Assembly (NCBI GenBank): GCA_010909165.1
Contig: MU008167.1
Coordinates: 1,669,262 to 1,733,261, forward strand
Direction: 5' to 3'
Source: Anthoceros angustus
Lineage: Eukaryota; Plantae; Anthocerotophyta
DNA: 64,000 nt
The stretch's first letter is position 1; each line of letters opens with the position of its first letter. Both the position numbers and the translations under genes were made by a program. Below, in pieces: positions 37,431-51,087 of this stretch. Under the pieces are notes generated by a model. That model did no database searches. It was not told the DNA's origin and was given only the letters and a program-made list of their open reading frames with translations.

Positions 37431-37545
37431 ATTGTTGCAGACAGCCCGCATATTGTTGCAGACACCCCGCATATTGTTGCAGACAGCCCGCATATTGTTG
37501 CAGACAGCCCGCATATTGTTGCAGACAGCCCACAGATTGTTGCAG
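37431..37545 (+). repeat. 21-bp tandem repeat x5, each unit containing TTGTTGCAG
   Basis: ATTGTTGCAGACAGCCCGCAT units follow a GTAAGT donor at 37414. The homologous copy at 41870 has only one full unit. Confidence 0.9.
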
Positions 37546-38523
37546 ATCTAAAGAAGCTTGCTACAGACTTTGAGAAGACAGACAGAGATGGTGGCACTTG
37601 GATAGGTTGGCCAGCTGACTGGGGCTGCTGGTGCTGCAATTGTGAAGTCATGGAAAAGAAGCCGGCTGATGGCTGCATCTTGGAGCTTGAGAGAGACGAG
37701 GCCCAGCAACACAATTTGAAGTGAGAGAGACGAGGCCCAGCAACACAATTTGAAGAGAGAGAGACTTTGATGACGGCAGGCAGCTATGATGATAATCCTG
37801 TTGCCGGATACTGTATGGACTCTCATGAGTTTGTCCAAGCATCCAAGCCATTCCAACACTCTTTCAGGCCCCCTTGACCCTCTCCCAGCCCAGTCCCTGC
37901 TCACTATCCTCGATTATAAGAAAGAAATTTCCTTTTCTTACGTCCGGCGATATGACCTTCCCAAGTTAAACATAATCCTTGAGAGCTCCAACAGTCTTGG
38001 GTCTCCCCTTAGACCTGCATTTAACACTGCGATCTCGTCTCAGTTCATGACATGCTGCGCATTGCATGGCCAGTTCACTAGCAAAGTACATGAAGACTCT
38101 GAAATTTGAGCATCCATGGAAAGGGATCAACTCACCGGCTGAAGCAGCGTTGCACGCAGTTTCAGGACGAGACTCCCGACGCTGTACATGTACAGCTTGA
38201 GTCCCCTGCTGGCTCAGTTCCTGACGAGGCTCCGGAAGCTGTACGCTAGGCCTGCTTGCCAGGGGCCTGATATCCTCAGACCCGGGGTCCCTGAACTGTG
38301 CCAGGGCCAAGCAATCGGATTCCTCGTTCAAGTCCACCAGTGGACTCGGTCCAGCCTGGTCAGGCTCATGATTCCTCGCTTCCATATCCTGAGCAGCCTG
38401 TGATTTCACACCCGGGCGACCACTTCCCTTCACCATGCCCTCTACATCTGTATACACCCGAGTAAGCATCACACATCAGACAATTAAGCACATACAAGTT
38501 AAGCATGCCCTGAAATTTGTGAA

Positions 38524-39582
38524 TCATGGGTCCAACGGAATTAACTCACTGCGAGAAGCAGCTCGGCACGCAGGCTGAGGACGAGGCTTTGGATGCTCTA
38601 CGCTAGGCCTGCTTGCCAAGGGCCTCATATCCTCAAACCCGGGGCCTGTCCAGGACTGTGGCAGGGGCAAGCAAGCTGATTCCTGGCCACCGGAGATATC
38701 CATGTGCGTTTCGTCTTTCAAGTCCAGCTGTGGACTCGGTCCAACCGGGCCAAGCTCACGATGGCTCGATTCCAGATCCTGAGCAGCCTGTGAATTCTCA
38801 CCCGGGCTACTTTCCTGCGCCATGCCCTCTGGACCCTCCTGCGCAATCATCCGGAAATGCTTTACCCAGTTTCGGAGCTCGTTGTACAGCCTATTCTTCT
38901 TCTCGTGGCTGCAGCTCACTCCATTGTACAACTCGGAGTCACATCCAGACCCGGGCTCGGCGGCGCGCGCTTCCTCCTGGCCCACACAGACAAGCATGCC
39001 CTGAGGCCGGGTCTCATGTTCCACCTCCGGTGCCTCCATCCCGCGGTTCTCCTCGCATGTTGCCTCCTGCGCCAAATCGGGAGCAGTCCGGGCGGCCTCT
39101 CCTCCTCCTTGCCTGGGAGCAGAAGCAGAAGCAGCCATGCTCACAGGGTCGGATCTTGTCCTGTCCTGGGCATATCCGCCTCTGAACTGGGATTCGAAGG
39201 CGAAGGTTGCCCAATCCACTTGCAGACCTCTGCGCGTGGCGATGGCCCCTCTCGCAAAGCAGAGGCTCACGTGGCTCCAAATTTTGCCTTTGTGAGGATA
39301 CACCTTGTTCCTTAGGGTTTTCAGAAATGGGAGCTCTATGGTGCGAGCACGTCTGAGGTTGATGGGACCACGATGGCCGGCCCAGCCGAACTCGTCCATC
39401 AAGTCCTGCTTGGTCACAATCTGGTCCAAGGCACCGGTGTGTCTTGGGTCAAGGCCTTGATCACTCAGGCCCATGCTGGAGAAGTGAGCCTTGTCGAACA
39501 CGGGCGTCCTCCTCCTTCTGGCGGCACGTCTAGCCATCGCCTGCTGCTGTGCTTGCTGCTGCCGTCGCCTTGGTCGCACCAT
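38524..39582 (-). CDS. Unknown gene family X, copy B (most intact, 352-aa ORF); further exon-like repeat at 37966-38472
   Basis: Uninterrupted ORF with a basic N-terminus (RRRQQQ...RRAARRRR), a conserved ~110-aa core GLSDQGLD..DLMDEFGW..INLRRARTIELPFLKTLRNKVYP..W..V..CFARGAIATRRGLQVDWATFAFE, then an acidic low-complexity tail. The upstream module at 39600-40260 is shared with other copies. Confidence 0.75.
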   Translation of the reverse strand: MVRPRRRQQQAQQQAMARRAARRRRTPVFDKAHFSSMGLSDQGLDPRHTGALDQIVTKQDLMDEFGWAGHRGPINLRRARTIELPFLKTLRNKVYPHKGKIWSHVSLCFARGAIATRRGLQVDWATFAFESQFRGGYAQDRTRSDPVSMAASASAPRQGGGEAARTAPDLAQEATCEENRGMEAPEVEHETRPQGMLVCVGQEEARAAEPGSGCDSELYNGVSCSHEKKNRLYNELRNWVKHFRMIAQEGPEGMAQESSPGENSQAAQDLESSHRELGPVGPSPQLDLKDETHMDISGGQESACLPLPQSWTGPGFEDMRPLASRPSVEHPKPRPQPACRAASRSELIPLDP

Positions 39583-40585
39583 ATGACGCCTCGCTCAGGT
39601 CAGGTCTTCTAACTACCAAGCCGCTGCTCTCTGCTCTCTAGTGGCGCCAACAGAGCAGGCAAAGAAGCGGGAGGACAAAGTACATACATACTTCACACCC
39701 CGCCCAATTCCAGGTTCATAACTTAACGGGTTTCAGACCTACGGAAATCCTGAATTGTCCTTTTTAGTTAGGTTTTAGTTAGGGTGCATAACTACGTATT
39801 TATCACTCATATGGCCGTTACAACTTACAACTGTGATGGTCATGGGTACATACTACAGACTCACTCATATTCTCATGATAGAAGCCAATGTTGACCAGAT
39901 GACATGACAATTTGACTAGTGCTGTTTCTAGGCCTTACAGTCTTGTACATACTGTATGTGTGTTTGTCCTTTCAATATTTATAGGTCCTACAACTGTGTT
40001 TTTTTAGGGCTCCCGATTACTTCCGATCACTCTAGAGAAACGATAGAATTGACAAAAACAGAGCGTTGAGGTCAATACCTTAGCCGTTTTGCAAGCTGGG
40101 GCGGCCGCTTCTGCGGTTTAACCCTGTGCAAGTCTGGCGAGAACTAGAAACAGCAATAGGCAGCAGAGGCTACAGGGAGACGCCCAAAACACCATCACCC
40201 AGCACGTACATAAGGAATAGCCAAATTGGCTCTCCTGGACCATCATACGGAATGGGCAGTTGCTTTCCAGGTGTGATGGATCCCAGCTGCCTGGAGGGAG
40301 TTGGCCTTGCAGGGGAGAAGGTGCAGGAGTCGCTGTGGCCGGATATAATTTGGGACCTGCAAAGATTGTCATGGGACAGCCAGTTGTCGGAGTGGAGTCA
40401 CACAGGACGAGGCCCGAGACTTTGATGAGCTCAGGCAAGCAGCTATGATGATAATCCTGTACTGTATGGACTCTTATGGGTTTGGTATGGACTCTCATGG
40501 GTTTGTCATGGAACAACTGGGTCGCACAGCGTGAAGGAGGAGACAAGGGGATTCCTGCCGATCTGATCATGAAATATCCTTCGCA

Positions 40586-41235
40586 GTGTGGATGTCTAGC
40601 CGGCAGGAGTCCAAGAGGAACAAACCAGCCATTCCACCCGATTCTGAAATTATTATTCTCGATGATGACTCGGACGATGACAAGCCACAAATTTCTGGCC
40701 TTGCAGACATGTACAGGGGTGGACAAACTGTGATTGAAACAGTCAGTTCAGGAACAAAGTGTGAATGTGCAGGAACAAACTGTGACTGAAACAGTCAGTG
40801 CAGGAACAAACTGTGACTGAAACTGTCAGTGCAGGGAAACAAACTGTGAATGAAACTGTCAGTGGAGGGAAGGAGTACAAGGGGCTACCAGCAGGCTCTT
40901 GCTTTATCGGCTGGGGTGCTGTATGCTGGACTCGGAGCATTGCCAGGCGAAGGAAGTGGGCAAGTTGGCGTCAAGGCTCATCTTCCACCGGAGGCTTTGG
41001 GAGTGCCCACAGTGACGGAAGCGCAAGGATGGATGTCGTTTGCTGGCGTGGATCAGAGGAGGGCTAAGAGGCGTCGTCCTGGGAAGAAGCAGCCAGTTGA
41101 GGACACAGAGATCATTATCTGAGCTCCGATGAGTCCTCGGATGAGAAACCGGTTGGTCCGCTCGTCTCTGATAAGTGTTTGATCCTTAGCTCAGATGGCG
41201 AGCCTGCTGCGAAGCAGCGGCGGGCTGTTCGTCGT
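40586..41235 (+). pseudogene. Frameshifted fragment of a low-complexity nuclear protein with SIM-like and NLS-like motifs
   Basis: Fragments read EIIILDDDSDDD, RRAKRRRPGKK, EIII/(L)SSDESSDE and CLILSSDGE. YQQALALSAGV is shared with 14138-14170 (minus). Confidence 0.4.
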
Positions 41236-42227
41236 TTTGATGTTTACACTGTAAACATTCACATGGTATGCAACACATGGAATACAACCCTCAGACATTG
41301 TTCTGAACCGCCACAGTGCCCAGTATTGATGACATTGAGCGAATGCCAGACATGCCGGACGTCGTCATGCTGCGCATTGCTTGCATTGAGGAGCAACGTA
41401 CGTGAAAACTCTGAAATTTGAGAATCCATGGAAAGGAATCAACTCACCGGGAGAAGCAGCGATGCTCTCAGGTACAGGACGACACTCTGGAGGCCCCCAG
41501 AGTGCCCAATATACGTCTCCCCTAGGCCTGAAGCCTGTTCCCTGAGGTGTATGAGTTTGCTAGGTGCATGAGTGAGCAGTCCATGTATCCATGAAATTGA
41601 CCTGTAGAACAAAGTGGTATCCCACTGTACCTGAACAGGTCTGTGCAGACAGATATGTGGCTTGCATATAAATCTCCTGGTCAGGTTGTCAGTTGCTGCT
41701 GTGGGCTTCGTTGCTCCTGAGTAAGGCCTGCCAAGCCCCTGAAGGAACAGGAGTTCGACTGATGCTTTTGTCTGGTCAAAAGGCATGGACGCTTGAGTGG
41801 CAGGAGACGCCCTTTACACTTAAGGGTTGTGGCTCCTGACGTGATTTCTGTGGGCAAGTATGTCAAATAGATTGTTGCAGACAGCCCGCAGATTGTTGCA
41901 GATCGAAAGTAGCTTGCTACAGACTTTGAGAAGACAGAGACTGGGATGGTGGCACTTCGGCTGGCCAGCTGACTGGGGCTGCTGGTGTTTTGGCTGTAGT
42001 TGTGAAGTCATGGAAGAGAAGCCGGCTGACTGCTGCATCTTGGAGCTTGAGGGCTCTCGGAGCTGAGACAGTCTCATGTGGAAATCATGGACAGCTGAGA
42101 GGTCTTGGAGCTGCATCTTGAGGTGAGACAGTCCCATCTGTTGGGCACAGATGATTGAATCATGTGCACCGGTACCATTCCTGAGCCAGCTGCATCACTT
42201 CCTTGTTGCTGCATCACATGATCAACA

Positions 42228-43844
42228 TGCGCCTTCTGAAGTGTGCCATGAGGTGTGGGACACAGGAATTTGAAGCCACAATCATGTGGAAGTTGAAGCC
42301 ACCACGGTTGCAAGCTCCCTTCTTCCACCGAATCATGTCCTCAGTACCAGCTGTAATTTTCAAGGAGTAACCTTCCAATAGAAGGATAAGCACATGAGCC
42401 TGCCCTGAGCTGCTTGGCATGTTCGAAAGACATGGAGAGCTGCCTGCTATGGCTGTCCTTGATGCCATTTGTATTTTGGCAGCATCCCATTGTCTTGGTA
42501 ATCACAACTTGAGTTTCGCGAAAATGTGTGGAACTGCCTCTGGGTTGTTCACAAACATTGTTCTGAATTGCAGTATTCAGGACATCGAGCGAATGCAAGG
42601 TGCGCTCACATGCTCACAGAGGTTTCGCTCAGCATCAATTTTGCTCCCGTTCCAGCCATTTTCTGACCTTTATGACTTGCAAATCATGCCGAAACGGTGC
42701 GAGGGCGCTATGCTGATGCTGTTGTTGTGAGCCCGGCCCTTGAATGTCCACGGCTTGCAGTCAACAGGTGGCCCCAGTCCGTTGAAGCTTGTTGCTGCCT
42801 GTCCATTTTACAGTGAATTGGAGCACCCCAATATTTGCCCTGGTTGTTGCATCCCATGTGAATATTTACACTGTAAACATCAACATGTCTACACCCATCA
42901 GTGTTTACATGTTTGCAGTGACACTGGATCTGCCTGCCGTGGGTGCTTCACTGTGATGGGTGTGTTGAACATGGAAACAGCAACTCCAGGAAAGCAACAA
43001 TGTGAGCGAGATATATGCTACATTTGCCCTATGCCTTGGGGCATAAGGTTTGGGTAGAAGCAAATGAGCATGCATTGACTCCAGCAACAAAGTGATGCAG
43101 CATCCACATCAATAGTCACAACGCCGGAGCGCCAGTCAGCCTGGCCTATCCAAATACCCCCATCTCAGTCTCTGTATTCTCACAGGATATGCATCCAGAG
43201 GTTCATCAATTCCAGCCGGCTGGCCACTCACAGCTTCAACGAACATAACATTATCCCATTCTTTGTGGTCATAATCAAGCTCATGACCAGCAGCAGATTC
43301 ACCAGAGAGCCTCTGACAGCATCAACAGTGTTTGTTTGTACTGACAGTGAAGACATGCAGATATGACTCTGGTCTGCTGGTCCTCTGCGCCAGCCGTCCT
43401 ACCTAGAAAATGGCTGGAACGGAGCAAAATTGAGGCTGAGCGAAACCTCTGCGGGCATGTGAGCTCACCTTTGCATTCGCTCGATGTCATCAATACTGGG
43501 CACTCTGGCGGTTCAGAACAATGTTTGTGAACAACCCATAGGCAGTTCCACAAATATTCGCAAAATTAAGTTATGATTACCAATATAATGGGATGCCGCC
43601 AAAATACAAATGGCATCAAGGACAGCCATAGCAGACAGCCCTCCATCTCTTTCGAACATGCCTAGCAGCTCAGGGCCAGGCTCCTATCCTAATCCTTCTA
43701 TTGGAAGGTTGTGCATGAACACTATAGCTGGTACTGAGAACATGATTCGGTAGGAGGAAGGATTGCAACCGTGATGGCTTCACCTACCACATGTGGCTTC
43801 ACATTCATGTGTCCCACATCTCATGGCACACTTGAGAAGACGCA
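42228..43844. repeat. Large inverted repeat (arms 42228-42664 and 43405-43844)
   Basis: The reverse complement of the left arm aligns along ~430 bp with the right arm, with moderate divergence. No TSD recognised. Confidence 0.85.
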
Positions 43845-44639
43845 AACAAAGATTTCTAATTTCTAAACTGCAAAAATTGAATCACTACCAGCCCAGGAAC
43901 TTTTCTCAAAATCCTGGACAGTGTTGGAAGGGTTCCCTGATTTTTGGGATACTCACCTTGCTGGTCGTGATTCAATTCTTTGCAATCTAGAAAGTAGAAA
44001 AATTTTTGTTTTGTGATCAGTCTTCGAAGCCTCTCCACGCCCAGTCACTGCTCACTTTCCTAGGCCTAGATTTCCTGTCACTCGATCCCCTTCCTGCCCA
44101 CTGTACCTAGATCTCCCTCCTCTACATCTGACAGGCCGTCTAGATCTCCTCCTCACCACCCCCAGTATCCTCCCCTGCTGTTACCCCGGACTCCTCCTCC
44201 ATCCTAGGACCGGTCTCCATCTGCATCTTCCTCCTGCAGAGTCCCTCCTCCAGAGTCATCTTGTCCCTCCTCCTTCAGAAGCATCTTTCCCGGACTGCCG
44301 TGTACCACCTTCTTCGAGCACAACTTCATCTTGAACGTCTTCTTAATTGCAAATGGGGATGGCAAGCTTGGGCAGACCCTCCTGCACGACCACTTACCAA
44401 GCTCTTCTGCACCTCTAGAAACAAACCTGATCGCCCCACTCACCCGAGAATTCACACTCCACATGGTCGCTCCTACTCTTACGTCAGTGGTCCACCCTGT
44501 TGCAGAGGTCTCATCATCAGGATCATTCGCTTGACAGCATCAGAGCAGCTTTGCAACCTCTGTAAATACTTCGGACTGTGGAGTAAACGTGAACTCTAAC
44601 TACAAAAATCAAAATGAACTATCATATTTTGAGTTTCGT

Positions 44640-46050
44640 CGAGACCCCAAGCTGGACATATCCTTGAAAGCTCCAACAGTCTGGGGTCTCCTCCAGACCT
44701 GCGTTTAACACCACAATCTCGTTTCCGTTCACGACGTCGTCATGCCGCGCATTGCTTGCACTTGAGGGGCAACGTACATGAAAACTCTGAAATTTGAGAA
44801 TCCATGGTAAGGAATCAACTCACCGGGAGAAGCAGCGTTGCTCCCAGGTACAGGACGACACTCTGGAGGCTGTACATGTACAGCTTGTGTCCCCTCCTGG
44901 CTCAGTTCCTGACGAGGCTCCGGAGGCTGTACATATACGGTAGGCCTGCTTGCCAGGGCCTGATATCCCCAGGGACATGGTCAAGCAAGCGTATTTCTGG
45001 CCACAAGAGACATCCACCTGTATTTCTTCATACAATTGCAAGTTTACCTGCGAACTCGGTCCAGCTGGCGGGCTCTTCTCGCTAGCCACTGGAGCCAGGC
45101 AGTGAATTCACATCTGGGCCGAGCTTGTTGGAGAGGCCATTCATGGTGTCGTTGCCGAATCCCATGTACATTTGGGAGTGAGATCCAGACCCCGGCTGGT
45201 CCGCGCGCGCTTCCTCCTGGCCCGCATAGAGGAGCATGCCCTGAGGCTGGATCTCATGTTCCTGCACCTCCTCTACACGATTGTCATGAGAAGTAGCCCT
45301 CGGCAGCACATGGGGAGCATTCCGGAAGGCATCTCCTCTGAACGCCTGGGAGTGAAATCCAGAGCGCGCGCTCTCGTCCGCGGGCTCTTCCTCCTGGACC
45401 GTACAGACAAATATGGCCCGAGGCCGGATCTCGCGTCCACGGGGCTCCCCGAGCTCCATCCCGCGGTTGTCATGACAAGTAACCTCCCGCGCCACATGAG
45501 CATTCCGGGCGACCTCTCCCTCTCCTTGCCTGGAAGCAGAAGCATCCGTCCTCACAAGGTAGTCACTTTTCTTATGTAGGCTATTCCTTTGCCAATGAGC
45601 TGGGCCTCGAAGGCGAACTTTGCCCAGCCACTTGCACACCTCTGCAAGGCCAAGGCGCCTCTCGCAAAGGACACTCTCCCCGCTCCAACTGTTGCCTCTG
45701 TTGGGATACACCTTGTCTTTCAGGGTTTTGAGAAACGGGAGCTGTATTGTGCGAGCCTTTCTGAGGTTGATGGCACCCTTGCCGGTCCAGCCGAACTCGT
45801 CCATCAAGTCCTGCCTACTCACCATTCCATCCCCATCCCAGGCATGCGGGATTCTTGGATCAAGGCCTTGGTCCATTGCTCGCGCCATGTCAAGCTGCTC
45901 TCAGGTCAGGTCTGCCAACCCCAAGCCTCCTGCTTTCAGTTGGCGTCAGAAGGAAGGAAGGGAAGCGGCAGGTTGAACGACTCAAGTTCACTATCCCGAT
46001 TCCCGCCCAATTCCAGGTTACCGGGCGGCTTTTCCCGACCTATATACATG
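44640..46050 (-). pseudogene. Unknown gene family X, copy C (frameshifted)
   Basis: QGLDPR..DLMDEFGWTGKGAINLRKARTIQLPFLKTLKDKVYP; a shifted frame gives VSFARGALA..WAKFAFEAQL. The downstream region is homologous to 37970-38900. Confidence 0.8.
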
Positions 46051-49000
46051 ACCATTTGAGTACTCTTTCAAGGCCCTATCGCCTCGGACAACTTACAATA
46101 ATTATGGGTCCGTAAGTTTCTTAATGGGCTTGTTTGCGCCTCCAGCTTCCTTCCGAGCTCTCTTCTCTTGAGAGAATTCATGAGGATTGGCAGACGCGGT
46201 AGCGCAACTGCAATAAATACATGTTTCTTTTAATTTCTCACTAGTCAAAGAATACCTCCAATAAATATATGGTTCTTTCAATTTTACTCTAGTCAAAGAA
46301 CATTTGATGAGGAGTGGTCAGGGTAGCACCATATCTCTCTTCTTAGCATGCACATATGGCAGTGTATATGATATAAATTTAGGTCCTTTCAGTTTCTCGG
46401 CATATTAGGCCAGCTTCATTTGCCGCATGTACAGATATGTGCGGATAGAAGATGTTGTCTCCCAAATATAAATTTAGGTCCTTTCAGTTTCTCGGCATAT
46501 TAGGCCAGCTTCATTTGCCGCATGCACAGATATATGCGGATAGAAGATGTTGTCTCCCAAATTGTCCAGCGACGGTCTCTCCCAAGCAATGTGGATCTCG
46601 GATCCTCATGTATTTTATAGTCATGCCTACAAGTATAACTCCCCAAGTGGAGTCTAGCATGCGCCGAATGTGGGGACAACATCATTTATGCACACTATAT
46701 ATATCCTCAAAATGTAATAGTAAAAGTAGAAATACTACTTAAATTACATAAATAAGTCTTAAGTTGAATGAATGAATATAAGTCTAACAAGTAGTCACAT
46801 TATTAGACTCTAAAATATTCCGTATGCTGGTCAAGGAGAGCCAATTTGGGCTAAGGCGTATGCTGGTCAAGGAGAGCCAATTTGGGCTAAGGCCAGCATG
46901 TGCGGGTGAAGCAAAGAGAGAATTGTGCATCATGCTTCTAGGCTGCTGCAGTTGTTCATACAATTGTCTATTTATGCCTAGTTGCTCCTCTGAAATTCTT
47001 GTGTGCTATCCCAACTCAAACTCAAGCCTGTGTTTGTCTGCTGAAGGAATCCGCTCCCCTTCCAGGTAAATAGGTGGGGGAGCGAGATTCATGTTCTGGA
47101 CCTCCTCTTCCTTGATGTGCTGTAGTGTAATCATTTTTATCTCTCTTTGCAGGGCTCATCTACCACCTCATTCAATTTGCAAGCTTGTCGGACACGCTGA
47201 CTATGCTCACTAGTGGTGCCATGGCCAGCGGGAACCAAAATAGCAGTTTGGTTATCTTGTAGACCCAGTCAACCTAAACTCCTGTCTATTGTTTCTTGCC
47301 TTTCAATATAGAATTGCTTGGAACCCTTTTTGGAGGAGTCCAACATGGTTCTTTATTGCCTCCACAAATTCACCTCTTCAAGACTCTAGATTATGAGGAG
47401 ATGTAGACCACAAATTCCATGCCCTATAATTCACAGCGTAAAAGGAACTACTAATGGGCTGGGGCTCACATCCATGATCAGAAGTCCAATAAGGTTCTTC
47501 GCTGCCTCCACATGTAAATCGACCTCTTCAAGACTCTCCTTCAGCAATGTGTTCTCCTTTCCTAGCTGGAGGAGTGGGCTAGGGCCCCAATCCCCTCATA
47601 CTTGCATTACGTCATGTCTTGGCTGAAGGAACTAGCCTAGGTTCTTTTTTGTTCCTTGCACCTTGTTGTTCTTCACTGCCATTTTTGACAATTACAGGTT
47701 CTTGCTCGATTTTCCTTATGTAGCTGCTGGGTGATGGGTGTTTTGGGTGTCTCCTTGACCTCACCTTGCCTATTGTTGTTTCTAGTTCTCACCGGACTTG
47801 TTTTGTTTTGTCAATGCCATCGTTTCTCTAGAGTGATAGGAAGGAATCGGGAGGCGCAAAGAACAGTTGTAGGACCTATAAATATTAAAAGTCAAGACAA
47901 GCACACATTCAAGGCTAAGGTCTAGAAAGCAGAAGAAGTCAAATTGTCTTGTCATCGGTCAACGTTGGCCTCTACCATGAGAATCTAAGTGAGTCTATTT
48001 TATGTACCCATGACCATTACAGTAGTAAGTTGTAACGGCCATAAGAGTGATGAATATGTAGTTATGTACCCTAACTAAAAGGACAATTCAGGGTTTCCGT
48101 GGGTCTGGAAACTTGTTAAGTTATGAACCTGGAATTGGGCAGGATGTGAAGTATGTACTTTGTCCTCCCGCTTCTTTCCTTCCTCTGTTGGCGCCACTAG
48201 ACAAAAGAAAGCAAGCGGCTTGGTGGTGACTGTCTTTATAATGTCCACCACCCAGGTCCTTCGTGCATCCCCTTTATTACCACCTCCGCTTCTTCCGCTG
48301 AGGTACCTTCTGCTCCACGCCGTCCCCACCTTAAAGATGCAACCGCAGTGCTCTGACCGGAAAGAGCGTAGCACAAAGGCACCATGGACCCTGATTTAGT
48401 CCGCTTGGTAGTTCCATCTCCCATAACCTCCAACTCCGCATAAGAGGGCCGCGTCGCTCCCTTCCGTAAATAGGTGGGGGAGCGAGATTCATGTTCTGGA
48501 CCTCCTCTTCCTTGATGTGCTGTAGTGTAATCATTTTTATCTCTCTTTGCAGGGCTCATCTACCACCTCATTCAATTTGCAGGCTTGTCGGAGACGCTGA
48601 CTATGCTCACTAGTGGTGCCATGGCCAGCGGGAACCAAAATAGCAGTTTGGTTATCTTGTAGACCCAGTCAACCTAAACTCCTGTTGTCTATTGTTTCTT
48701 GCCTTTCAATATAGAATTGCTTGGAACCCTTTTCGGAGGGAGTCCAACATGGTTCTTTGTTGCCTCCACAAATTCACCTCTTCAAGACTCTAGATTATGA
48801 GGAGATGTAGACCACAAATTCCATGCCCTATAATTCCTGGCAGTAGCTAAAGGAACTACTAATGGGCTGGGGCTCACATCCATGATCAGAAGTCCAATAA
48901 GGTTCTTCGCTGCCTCCACATGTAAATCGACCTCTTCAAGACTCTCCTTCAGCAATGTGTTCTCCTTTCCTAGTGGAGGAGTGGGCTGCCCCAATCCTCA

Positions 49001-51087
49001 TACTTGCATTACGTCATGTCTTGGTGGTCAAGGAACTAGCCTAGGTTCTTTTTTGTTCCTTGCACCTTGTTGTTCTTCACGCCATTTTTGACAATTAAGG
49101 TTCTTGCTCGATTTTCCTTATGTAGCTGGGTGATGGGTGTTTTGGGTGTCTCCTTGACCTCACCTTGCCTATTGTTGTTTCTAGTTCTCACCGGACTTGT
49201 TTTGTTTTGTCAATGCCATCGTTTCTCTAGAGTGATAGGAAGGAATCGGGAGGCGCAAAGAACAGTTGTAGGACCTATAAATATTAAAAGTCAAGACAAG
49301 CACACATTCAAGGCTAAGGTCTAGAAAGCAGAAGAAGTCAAATTGTCTTGTCATCTGGTCAACGTTGGCCTCTACCATGAGAATCTAAGTGAGTCTATTT
49401 TATGTACCCATGACCATTACGGTAGTAAGTTGTATGACCATAAGAGTGATGAATATGTAGTTATGTACCCTAACTAAAAGGACAATTCGAGGTTTCCGTG
49501 GGTCCGGAAACTTGTTAAGTTATGAACACGGAATTGGGCGGGGATGTGGTACTTTGTCCTCCGCTTCTTTCCTTCCTCTGGCGCCACTAGACAAAAGAAA
49601 GCAAGCGGCAGTGGTTAGAAGACTTGACCTAAGCGGGCGTGATATGGCGCAACCAAGGCGTGGCGTGTAAACTGTGATGGCGATGACTAGGCGTGCCGCG
49701 GAAGGAGGAAGCCCGTGTTCGACAAGGCTCACTTCTACACCATCGGCTGAGTGATCAAGGCCTTGACCAAAGAGACGCCGTGCCTTGGACCGGATTGTGA
49801 TCAACAGGACTTGATGGACAAGACCTGTGAGTTACATCGGGTTATGAACAAGTTTGGTCATAGATCGCATAGTGCATCCGCAAGGTGTTGGGAATTCTCA
49901 TTTCGTGGTTATTGTGACTTGTGTCATGTTTGGCTTGGACGAAATCTTGTGGTTTGAAGCAAGACTTACAGACCATGAATCAACTTGGCAAGACCTTGGT
50001 TCAGGACCACCTAGATTTTGCACTATATCTGCCTTTAGTTGCGGAATGGCAAAATCTTTGAAGCACTTCCCGGATTTTGAGGAGATGTAGACCACAAATT
50101 CCATGCCCTATAATTCTGGCGTAGCTAAAGGAACTACTAATGGGCTGGGGCTCATGTCTATGAGGGAGTCCAACATGGTTCTTTGTTGCCTCCACAAATT
50201 CACCTCTTCAAGACTCTAGATTATGAGGAGATGTAGACCACAAATTCCATGCCCTATAATTCTCGCAGAGCTAAAGGAACTACTAATGGGCTGGGGCTCA
50301 CATCCATGATCAGAAGTCCAATAAGGTTCTTCGCTGCCTCCACATGTAAATCGACCTCTTCAAGACTCTCCTTCAGCAATGTGTTCTCCTTTCCTAGCTG
50401 GAGGAGTGGGCTAGGGCCCCAATCCCCTCATACTTGCATTACGTCATGTCTTGGCTGAAGGAACTAGCCTAGGTTCTTTTTTGTTCCTTGCACCTTGTTG
50501 TTCTTCACTGCCATTTTTGACAATTACAGGTTCTTGCTCGATTTTCCTTATGTAGCTGCTGGGTGATGGGTGTTTTGGGTGTCTCCCTTCAGCCTCTGCT
50601 TGCCTATTGTTGTTTCTAGTTCTCACCAGACTTGTTTTGTTTTTGTCAATGCCATCGTTTCTCTAGAGTGATAGGAAGGAATCGGGAGGCGCAAAAGAAC
50701 ACAGTTGTAGGACCTATAAATATTAAAAGCTGTCAAGACAAGCACACATTCAAGACTGTAAGGTCTAGAAACAGAAGAAGTCAAATTGTCTTGTCATCTG
50801 GTCAACGTTGGCCTCTACCATGAGAATCTAAGTGAGTCTATTTTATGTACCCATGACCATTACAGTAGTAAGTTGTAACGGCCATAAGAGTGATGAATAT
50901 GTAGTTATGTACCCTAACTAAAAGGACAATTCGAGGTTTCCGTGGGTCCGGAAACTTGTTAAGTTATGAACACGGAATTGGGCGGGGATGTGGTACTTTG
51001 TCCTCCGCTTCTTTCCTTCCTCTGGCGCCACTAGACAAAAGAAAGCAAGCGGCAGTGGTTAGAAGACTTGACCTAAGCGGGCGTGAT

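Noticed and set aside
41700-41730. Kinase-like GFVAPE* reading, and IGAPQYLPW near 42815
   Set aside because: No other kinase subdomains, and paralogous copies favour different frames.
48187-48202. TGGCGCC as a possible PBS making module Q an LTR
   Set aside because: Not conserved in copy A (TGACGCC), no TG...CA boundaries and no gag-pol downstream.
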